DNA of 38,709 nucleotides from a virus (lineage: Duplodnaviria > Caudoviricetes): IMG/VR virus record IMGVR_UViG_3300011338_000746, positions 1 to 38,709 of that record; one strand, 5' to 3'. A program made the translations under genes and the position numbers. Of the stretch, positions 8,506 through 16,597 are shown piece by piece. Under the pieces are notes generated by a model. It was given only the letters and a program-made list of their open reading frames with translations. It did no database searches and was not told the DNA's origin. Position 1 is the first letter of the stretch. The number at the start of each line of letters is the position of its first letter.

Positions 8506-10716
8506 TTAAAGAGGGGGGCAATTACATTCATCTATTAATTCTCCTTTTATTTGTATAGGAAAAGATTTACCTTGTAAATCAAAAAATCCATTTGATTCTC
8601 CTTCATTAGTTCCTTTTTGAAGTACTTCTAATACAGGAGGATTAATTGCAGTTTGTCCAGGTAATTTAAAAATAACTCCAAATTGTTGATTATCAGCAAT
8701 ATAATCAGTTATTTCTGTGGATAAATCCGTATTACTTCCTAAACCTTTAGATCTTATAAGTAATTGTCCACAATATTTTTTAGATTTAATTAAAATTGAA
8801 TTACTAAAAACTTCATTAGGAAAGACTTTTACAGCAAAGTCTGAAGCAGGATAAGGATCATATCCATCTACACTAGCTCTAAATAAATCACCTAAACATC
8901 CACCATTAGGAAAACTATAAGTTTTTCCTAAATGTACACATCCTGATAATATTTCTTCAGAACCTTGAGTATATAATTTATTATAATAATAAAAAGGACC
9001 TGCAATAGTTACTTCCGCTCCACCACTATTATTAGCTTCACCTGTAAAAGAAGGATAAGGTAGAGGAAAAAACCAACAAGTATCTGATTTAATTGATTGT
9101 ATGGCTTTTAATATTTCTACTCCACATTGAGTTTCATCTGCAATTAATTCAATTTCATCAGAACTTCTATTTACAGAATAAAATGTAGGATTATCTTCTG
9201 GAAGTTTAAAAGTTATACATTGACCATTACTAAGAATTGAAGATTGACTACTAGTATTTGATGTAGTAGAGTATTTTAAAGTTACAGTATCTGTTTCTGA
9301 ACCTGATGCACATATTTTACAAAAAAGACAAGGAGAAGTTGTAGGTTCTAATGTTCTAGAAAAACATACACTACAGTTAGATTCTCCACTTATAAATATT
9401 CCATTAATATTTACTAGTAATGGTTGTGATGTATCTAAACCAGGTAAATCTAAAACATATTCAAATTGACTTTCTATAAGAATATCTTTAACAATTTCTT
9501 TACCGTTATGGTCTGTAATAGTAATTGTTGAACCATTATCTTCAAATCCTTCTGGTAAAATATTTCCATTATTTTTATTAAAGTAAAGAACATAAGCTTC
9601 CTGATCTTCATCATACACTTCTTGGAAACCTATTGTAATATCTTTACAAGATATTTTACAACATGTTTCTTCAATATAAGATAGTCTATTTTCCAAAGAA
9701 CACAATATATTACTCTGATATTTTTGAATATTATAAAGTTTATTGTTAGATGTTTCTATTATACTATTAAAAGTTAATATTTTAGAAATAGGTAAAGTTC
9801 CACAATAAGAAGCTGTAATCTTTAAAACAGATGGAGTTGCACCATTAAAAATAATTTGATTACCCCTTACATAAAAATAACCTTTTAATTTATTAAAATA
9901 AAGGGTATCATTTAATATTTTAACTAATACATATACATTAGGAATTTGAGCTATATTTTTATTTATGGAATAAAAGTTTCCATTAAAATTAAGTAAATCA
10001 ATACTACATAAATAATCATTTGGATTAATATCAGAAAGTATTGGATTGTTTAGATAAGTTAAAACAAATGTTTTATTACATGAAGATGTAATTGGATCTC
10101 CAATTAAATTTTTAAGATTATAAACAGCCTGATCAGATATATTTTCTATATGAGAACTTATTCTATATGAACTAAAAAGAACACTATTAATTATTGGTTC
10201 TTCATATAATTCATATTTAGATATGATTAAATCAACTTCATCTTTTAATGTATCAATTGTAGATATTAAAGTTGGTAATTTACTTAATAAGTTTTTACAT
10301 GAATTATCAATTATTAATTGAAGGGCTTTAGATACATCTAAATTTAAATTACATTTATCCCCTCCGTTATTAACAATGTATCCTTCTAACAAACATCCTA
10401 AATCCAAAGTATTTACAAGTATTTCAGAATTATCTAAAAGATCTCGTTTATCTTCTAAGATTTTTTTTATTTGATTATCATTATTAAGTAAAAGTTGAAT
10501 AATAGATTTTAATGTTATTTTATTTAAATCAACATCACATGCATCAAAACAACTAAAATTTAGTTTTGAAATATCTTGAATTAAGTCTTGTTGTTCTTTA
10601 TAAAGTGTACAAAGATTAGATAATACTATATCAATCCTATCACCTTTACAGACGTTAAGACATGGTATACTATCCCCTTCCCATAATACTTTATCTGAAC
10701 TATTTAAATTTAGCAT
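8506..10716 (-). CDS. Cys-rich putative virion structural protein (paralog of 10710-12248)
   Basis: Shared WxGxxIPCxxxCxGD start, TLKSI, LDLxC and CxDxxxGF...PxGFxDxGSTI blocks. Confidence 0.65.
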   Translation of the reverse strand: MLNLNSSDKVLWEGDSIPCLNVCKGDRIDIVLSNLCTLYKEQQDLIQDISKLNFSCFDACDVDLNKITLKSIIQLLLNNDNQIKKILEDKRDLLDNSEILVNTLDLGCLLEGYIVNNGGDKCNLNLDVSKALQLIIDNSCKNLLSKLPTLISTIDTLKDEVDLIISKYELYEEPIINSVLFSSYRISSHIENISDQAVYNLKNLIGDPITSSCNKTFVLTYLNNPILSDINPNDYLCSIDLLNFNGNFYSINKNIAQIPNVYVLVKILNDTLYFNKLKGYFYVRGNQIIFNGATPSVLKITASYCGTLPISKILTFNSIIETSNNKLYNIQKYQSNILCSLENRLSYIEETCCKISCKDITIGFQEVYDEDQEAYVLYFNKNNGNILPEGFEDNGSTITITDHNGKEIVKDILIESQFEYVLDLPGLDTSQPLLVNINGIFISGESNCSVCFSRTLEPTTSPCLFCKICASGSETDTVTLKYSTTSNTSSQSSILSNGQCITFKLPEDNPTFYSVNRSSDEIELIADETQCGVEILKAIQSIKSDTCWFFPLPYPSFTGEANNSGGAEVTIAGPFYYYNKLYTQGSEEILSGCVHLGKTYSFPNGGCLGDLFRASVDGYDPYPASDFAVKVFPNEVFSNSILIKSKKYCGQLLIRSKGLGSNTDLSTEITDYIADNQQFGVIFKLPGQTAINPPVLEVLQKGTNEGESNGFFDLQGKSFPIQIKGELIDECNCPPL

Positions 10717-12248
10717 TTAATACCTTTTATATATAATGAATTATTGTATGAATTTGTACCTATTACTTCTGTAACTCCTATCATAGGACTTATAGTTGTA
10801 GATAAATTTTTAAAGTTTAATAAAAGTAAACTACTTGTTGAATTAATAGGATTATAACTAGTTAAAGTAACACCAGAAGGTAATACTCCTGCAAATACAC
10901 CTGTACTAGTATTATCATTTAATGTTCCATTTACTAAATTTACTGAATTTAATATTCCATTATTCCAATAAATTAAATCATTAAATTTAAAGGAACCTCC
11001 ACTAGAAAGTGTAGGAATTTCAAAAGACCAACATTGATTATTTTGAAGAACACTAGGTCTAAAGTTACCATTAAAACAGTTATCACATTTTAAAATAGAT
11101 GGAGCTGTATAAGTATTTCCAGGTATTGTATATTGAAAAGAACTTTTTATTTGTATTGAAATTACATTAGTAAGATCCAATCCATTAATATCTACTACAA
11201 AAGTACTACCTGTACTGATTAACTGGGTTAAAGTATTTGTTGTAATTACAGATCCTAAAATATCAGTTATAATTATTGTACTGCCTATATCTTGAAAACC
11301 TACAGGAATATTGGTACCATTTTGGTAACTAAACTGTATACTTAATACTGTACCTGAAAGTGTTGAAACAAATCCTAAATGTAAATCATTACAAGAAGGA
11401 CGTAAACAACTTAATTCCATTGATTCTATCCTATTTAATAAATCACATATAATAGTATCATTATTATAAAGAACTTGAAACATATTAGTAGGACTTGCAT
11501 TTAATGCAGGATATTTTGAATAACATCCTGCACTTACAGCTTGGCTAAATTCAAAGGCAGTTCCTAACTTATCTTGAAGATTTTTAATAGCAGTATCTGT
11601 TATTTGTGTGATATGCTCATGTAAAACTAAAGGAGTTCCATTATTTAATGGGGATAAAGTTATTAAAGGTTCTACATATTGTAATATTAAACAACTATTA
11701 GGATCATTTGGATCATAATATTTATTTAAAATAGGGTCTATAATATCTCTTAAATTAGTAATATCAATTTGTAACGTGGCAATATCATTTACCGCTACAC
11801 AATATTTATTAATAATAACTTGTAATACATCTTTAACCTCTAAAGAAACTGGTAATACCCCACATATATCTATAATATCTTGGGTAAAACATTTTAAATC
11901 AAGATTTAATAGTATTCCTGTTTTTGCATCTATTTGACCTGTAAGAGCATCTATAAGATCTTTTAAAGCACAATCATTATCTAATAATAGTTTTACAATT
12001 GACTTTAAGGTAAAATCAGTAAAATTATTACCACATAATCCTTGGATACATGTTAAATCTAATGTTTCTAAATCTTTAACATCAGATACTAAACTACATA
12101 TATGAGTAGCAAGTTGATAAACTACGGTAGATATATTATCCCCTTCACATAATTCAATACAGGGAATGTTTGGCCCTTGCCAAACTATGTTACTTGAAGA
12201 TATATAATCTCCTGATCCTAAGGATGTTGTTAAATAAGGTGTACTCAT
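10710..12248 (-). CDS. Cys-rich putative virion structural protein (paralog of 8506-10716)
   Basis: WQGPNIPCIELCEGD start and collinear similarity to its neighbour. Confidence 0.65.
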   Translation of the reverse strand: MSTPYLTTSLGSGDYISSSNIVWQGPNIPCIELCEGDNISTVVYQLATHICSLVSDVKDLETLDLTCIQGLCGNNFTDFTLKSIVKLLLDNDCALKDLIDALTGQIDAKTGILLNLDLKCFTQDIIDICGVLPVSLEVKDVLQVIINKYCVAVNDIATLQIDITNLRDIIDPILNKYYDPNDPNSCLILQYVEPLITLSPLNNGTPLVLHEHITQITDTAIKNLQDKLGTAFEFSQAVSAGCYSKYPALNASPTNMFQVLYNNDTIICDLLNRIESMELSCLRPSCNDLHLGFVSTLSGTVLSIQFSYQNGTNIPVGFQDIGSTIIITDILGSVITTNTLTQLISTGSTFVVDINGLDLTNVISIQIKSSFQYTIPGNTYTAPSILKCDNCFNGNFRPSVLQNNQCWSFEIPTLSSGGSFKFNDLIYWNNGILNSVNLVNGTLNDNTSTGVFAGVLPSGVTLTSYNPINSTSSLLLLNFKNLSTTISPMIGVTEVIGTNSYNNSLYIKGIKC

Positions 12249-13060
12249 TAATAAGATGTTTGTTCTTTAATTATTATTGTGTTTGAATTATTGCAATTTA
12301 TTAAAATAACATTTCTGTCATTTAGATTTCCTTGATATGTAGCTTTACCATCCATATTACAATCTTCTTTTAAATAACCAAAAATTGTGTTATTCATATT
12401 TGTAAGATTAAATAAAGATATTCTATCAGAGTTTTCAACCCCACTATATGTTATAAATTCATTGGGAGTTGTAGATTTACAGTTTCCTGCATATAATGCT
12501 CTTCTTCCTCCTATTATTCTAGTTGGACTAGAAGAATTTATTTTATATAATGGAAAATTTACATTTGTAAAATCCAATTTAGTTAAGGTATCTGTTAAAT
12601 TATAACTTAATAATGATTGAATTCCTAAATGATTTCTATGAGATATTTTTACATAGTAAGAATTACATGGTGCAAAAATCTGTAAAGGAGAACTTCCATC
12701 CATATTTACCACATCACCATCTCTTTGAATTAATCCTGATATATTATATATAGATAAATTAGACTTTAAAGATATAAAAACCCAATCTACAATAGCATCA
12801 TTTCCAGCGTTTGATAATACTCCTGGATTTACATATGTTGTATTATCATAAGGACTAATATTAGGTACTAAACCTTTTTGTCTTAGACTATCATTCATTA
12901 ATCCTGAACTTGCTAAAGGACCAGATAATAAAACTTTAATACTTAATTGTAATGGAATCCATATTGTATCCTTTGTTTCTTCATCAATAGTATAATTACA
13001 TTGACTAAAACTTTTTAAAGATAAAAGTAATAAAATTAATATTAATGTTATTTTTTTCAT
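12248..13060 (-). CDS. predicted secreted protein with Bacteroidota-type dockerin-like C-terminal module
   Basis: Signal peptide MKKITLILILLLLSLKSFS|Q; VLLSG..GLM.DSLR, DAIVDW, QRDG, HRNHLG, DCNMDG. Confidence 0.7.
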   Translation of the reverse strand: MKKITLILILLLLSLKSFSQCNYTIDEETKDTIWIPLQLSIKVLLSGPLASSGLMNDSLRQKGLVPNISPYDNTTYVNPGVLSNAGNDAIVDWVFISLKSNLSIYNISGLIQRDGDVVNMDGSSPLQIFAPCNSYYVKISHRNHLGIQSLLSYNLTDTLTKLDFTNVNFPLYKINSSSPTRIIGGRRALYAGNCKSTTPNEFITYSGVENSDRISLFNLTNMNNTIFGYLKEDCNMDGKATYQGNLNDRNVILINCNNSNTIIIKEQTSY

Positions 13061-13061
13061 A

Positions 13062-14099
13062 TTAAGGTAATTGCTCATATACTTTTAATAAAGAGTTATT
13101 TGCACAATTTAAGAGTAATGTATATCTATCAGATGCTGTATTTACCGGATAATTATAATTACTTCTTCCATTCATATTATAATCATAGTTACTATATCCA
13201 TAAATAGATCCGGATAAACCTGTATATTTTAATAAAAATTGTCTATCTCCATATCCACCATAACTAACTATTTGAATAGTTTCATTTTTATAACCATTAC
13301 CTGCATATAATGTTAATTTACCACCTTGTGTACGTGCAGCACCTGATAATGGACTAGGATTATTATAAGGGCTACTTTTAGAATATAAAGTAGTTGATGG
13401 ATTTGTAAAATCAACAGATACACCGGCTTCTGTAGTAGTTATAGTAGAAGCTTTCATAATACCTAAATGGTTTCTGTGTTTTACTGATAAATAATATGTA
13501 CCTATTGGAGCATTTTTAAATGTAACATAATTTATTCCATCCATATCTACAATATTTCCATCTCTTTGTAATAAAGCACTTTTTGTATAAAGTATAGTTG
13601 AAGAATTAGAACTACTTCTTAACTCTAGTTTAATCCAATCAACAATGGCATCTGAACCTGTAGATACAAATACACCAGGATCTACAGAACTGCCACTACC
13701 ATAAGGATCTAAATTTGGGATTAAACTATATGTTCTTAAACTATCGTACATTAATCCAGATATAACATTATAACATCCTGATAATAAAACTTTTGCATTT
13801 ATTACAGAACGAGCTGTTACCGTTATGGCAATTGTAGATGTAGAAGTATTTTCACCATCTGTAGCAGTTACTGTATATATACCACTATTTGCACTTTTAA
13901 CAATTCCATATAAATATTCATCTTCAGATGATAATCCTCCAGGTCCATTCCAAGAATAAGTAAAACCTTCTACTGGAACAGCATAAAGATCTAATAAATC
14001 ATTTGTATAAAGACTTGTAGAAGAGGTAGAAATTATAGTAATTTGACTATAAGAACTAAAACTAAATAAAACAAATAATAAGATTAATAATTTTTTCAT
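13062..14099 (-). CDS. predicted secreted protein: Ig-like domain plus same C-terminal module as neighbour
   Basis: Signal peptide MKKLLILLFVLFSFSSYS|Q; YSWNGPGG...SGIYTVTATD Ig-like repeat; DAIVDW, LLQRDG, HRNHLG, DYNMNG. Confidence 0.75.
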   Translation of the reverse strand: MKKLLILLFVLFSFSSYSQITIISTSSTSLYTNDLLDLYAVPVEGFTYSWNGPGGLSSEDEYLYGIVKSANSGIYTVTATDGENTSTSTIAITVTARSVINAKVLLSGCYNVISGLMYDSLRTYSLIPNLDPYGSGSSVDPGVFVSTGSDAIVDWIKLELRSSSNSSTILYTKSALLQRDGNIVDMDGINYVTFKNAPIGTYYLSVKHRNHLGIMKASTITTTEAGVSVDFTNPSTTLYSKSSPYNNPSPLSGAARTQGGKLTLYAGNGYKNETIQIVSYGGYGDRQFLLKYTGLSGSIYGYSNYDYNMNGRSNYNYPVNTASDRYTLLLNCANNSLLKVYEQLP

Positions 14100-14113
14100 T
14101 AAACAGTTATTTT

Positions 14114-14407
14114 TTAATTAATACCTAATACTCGTTTATCTTCTTCAGATAATAAAGACAATGCTCTATCTCTAATTAACTCGTCTATATCTAATTCATC
14201 TTTTTGATAAAGCTCCTTAGTATAGTAATCTGTATTTTCACCAGTTTCTAGTTTGCTATCTAAATATGCCTTATAAGTTATAGCGTTGTCATAATCTACA
14301 AATGATTTTTCTGTATTATCATCATAAATTCTTTGCATTTCACTGTTCCCATTTAGTTGGTTAGTGTAATTAATTGTCTTGTATTTTATTATTGTATATA
14401 GTTCCAT
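14114..14407 (-). CDS. hypothetical protein (97 aa)
   Basis: ORF in operon; C-terminal RALSLLSEEDKRVLG. Confidence 0.7.
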   Translation of the reverse strand: MELYTIIKYKTINYTNQLNGNSEMQRIYDDNTEKSFVDYDNAITYKAYLDSKLETGENTDYYTKELYQKDELDIDELIRDRALSLLSEEDKRVLGIN

Positions 14408-14417
14408 ATTGTCTATT

Positions 14418-16076
14418 TTATCTTGTTATCATTAGTTGTAAAAAGTCTATGTTACCTCCATAGACTTTTGGTGTATTATAGAATGCAATCTTGTCATTAC
14501 CTTCTTGATATACAGTAGTAAATGCAAAGTTGCCATAAAATGACGAAGTACCACCTGATGCTTGTTTAGGTCCAGCAATTGCCTCAATTACCCCACTTTG
14601 TAAATCCATTCTAAAACATGGTCTTTGAGAAGTACTAGATGAATTATTAGACCCTGAAAAATAATAGGCATATTTGCCGTTTTGAGTATGTGGATTATAA
14701 GCAAAATAACTATAATCATTACTCATAAGCCACACATTATAACCAGTATTTCCTAAGTTAATTGGTGATAAAGCATTAGTCCATGCTCCTGTTGCAGCAC
14801 CTGTGATGTCAAATAAATCATATTGAGTTGTAGTCCTTATAGAGTATATTTGACAAGGTTTTACAATTCCATTAGGGTCATAAGGTGTTCCAAATTGCGC
14901 CCATGTAATACCACCTATCCCCATTGCAGCTGCTCTAGCACCCCATGTAGTACCTGCATCCCATGTATTAGCAGTTCCACCACAATAGTTAGTAATTTTA
15001 TAGTTATAGGTAACTGTTGCGCCACCCATAAATCCTATTAAGTTATCTGTACAATTTTCTATTACAAACTTACAAGTTGCAGATGGTGTTACAGTCCAAG
15101 TTGCTACTGTGTAAACATTACCTGTATTAGATGTAATCAATCTACGTTGCCCTACTGCGGTTGGTGCTAAAGTATCTTCTACTATTCTTATTTGGAAGTT
15201 TCTAAAGTAGTTATTTTTTACTAGTACATCCCCACCACTAGTTTGACCTGTTATAGATGTTGCAGATGTTGCCGTTGCAGTTAAACACTTTTTTACAAAA
15301 TCACCTGTTGTATCATAAGTTGCTGCTCCAACTACATAACCTTCACCCACATTCCTATCAGCTGGTACATATTGCTCATCCATGCTTATTAGTTGATTAT
15401 GTGAAGCCGCTACCGTTGCAATTAAGTTAGTTGTACTTAAAGCACTAAAAGAGTTAGTAAGTATGTCATATCTTCTAAACTGATTAGCTGCTAATATACC
15501 ATTATTTAAGAACACAACTGAACCACTTAAAAACTCGTATCTATCTCCTGATACTGGTGTAAAACTTAAAGGTTTATCCAAGTAGATAGTTGGAGTAGTG
15601 CCTGATGTATTACCTATTACTCTACGTTCTTCTATCTTACCACTACTACCTGTATTGTTTCCAATTACTCTAACAATGAAACCTTTTCCATCTCCTCTAT
15701 TAGTTAATTGATTAGCATTTACAGATGCAGGCAATGCAGTAGTTAGCGTAAATGATGAAGTAGATGCACCTGCTGCAATTGTTCCTGTTGGTGATAGGCT
15801 AGGGCAAAACGTAGCTGTTGCACCTGAAGAAAAAGTGCCACCCATACCCATAGCTGTATTAATATTATACCATGCATCATTTTTTGTATGATAAACACCA
15901 AGTTGATTAGTAAATGATTGCATATAAAATAAAGGACTTGCATAATCTCTATTTCTATAATCTTCTGCAATAACTACACCGTTTGCGTTTGAAAAAGTGA
16001 CATTACTATTAGTTACCATTTGGCTAAGACTACGCCACTCCATTAAGTCTAAGATGTCTTTGTGGTTAATTGTCAT
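14418..16076 (-). CDS. putative receptor-binding/tail-associated protein (beta-propeller-like with two repeated beta modules)
   Basis: Gly/Thr/Asn-rich; duplicated 'VRVIG..GKIEERRVIGNT' / 'IRIVE..VGQRRLITSNT'; YDxxxNxW-type blades. Confidence 0.6.
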   Translation of the reverse strand: MTINHKDILDLMEWRSLSQMVTNSNVTFSNANGVVIAEDYRNRDYASPLFYMQSFTNQLGVYHTKNDAWYNINTAMGMGGTFSSGATATFCPSLSPTGTIAAGASTSSFTLTTALPASVNANQLTNRGDGKGFIVRVIGNNTGSSGKIEERRVIGNTSGTTPTIYLDKPLSFTPVSGDRYEFLSGSVVFLNNGILAANQFRRYDILTNSFSALSTTNLIATVAASHNQLISMDEQYVPADRNVGEGYVVGAATYDTTGDFVKKCLTATATSATSITGQTSGGDVLVKNNYFRNFQIRIVEDTLAPTAVGQRRLITSNTGNVYTVATWTVTPSATCKFVIENCTDNLIGFMGGATVTYNYKITNYCGGTANTWDAGTTWGARAAAMGIGGITWAQFGTPYDPNGIVKPCQIYSIRTTTQYDLFDITGAATGAWTNALSPINLGNTGYNVWLMSNDYSYFAYNPHTQNGKYAYYFSGSNNSSSTSQRPCFRMDLQSGVIEAIAGPKQASGGTSSFYGNFAFTTVYQEGNDKIAFYNTPKVYGGNIDFLQLMITR

Positions 16077-16078
16077 AA

Positions 16079-16591
16079 TTATTGTATTGTGTTTTTTCTA
16101 AAGTTGTTAAAGTTATCTCTCATTTGAATATGAACTGTAAAAGGTAAAAACTGGTCATTATTATTACCATAGTATTGAAGTGTACTAATAGTTCCTGTTA
16201 CAGATAATTGTGTATTAGTTACCACTACATTTTTACCTAAAATTGTATCATTCTCTATTCTTCTTAATATGCTTAAATCTCTCCTAGCTATTAAGCTATC
16301 TATTTCGCTAAGTGTTACACCTTGTGGTGCTTCACTCCAATAAAATATCTGTAAGTTGTCATTATTTGAAAATGCTACTACATTTGTATCATAATCTAAT
16401 GTAAGTGTATTATTTACTAAACTGCCACCTTTTGCAGGGTCGTTAAATTGATAGATAATAGTGTTGTTAGTTACATCTGTTACCATAAGTAACCCATCTA
16501 ATGAGCAATTAAACCCACTAAAAGTGATAGTTTTATTTACCTTATCAAAGGTATAACCACCTAAATCTCTGCCTACTAATACTTTTGCCAT
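16079..16591 (-). CDS. tail-fibre-associated protein
   Basis: YTFD..KTITF..LLMVTDVTNNTIIYQF pattern; directly downstream of the fibre gene. Confidence 0.55.
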   Translation of the reverse strand: MAKVLVGRDLGGYTFDKVNKTITFSGFNCSLDGLLMVTDVTNNTIIYQFNDPAKGGSLVNNTLTLDYDTNVVAFSNNDNLQIFYWSEAPQGVTLSEIDSLIARRDLSILRRIENDTILGKNVVVTNTQLSVTGTISTLQYYGNNNDQFLPFTVHIQMRDNFNNFRKNTIQ

Positions 16592-16597
16592 ATTTTT

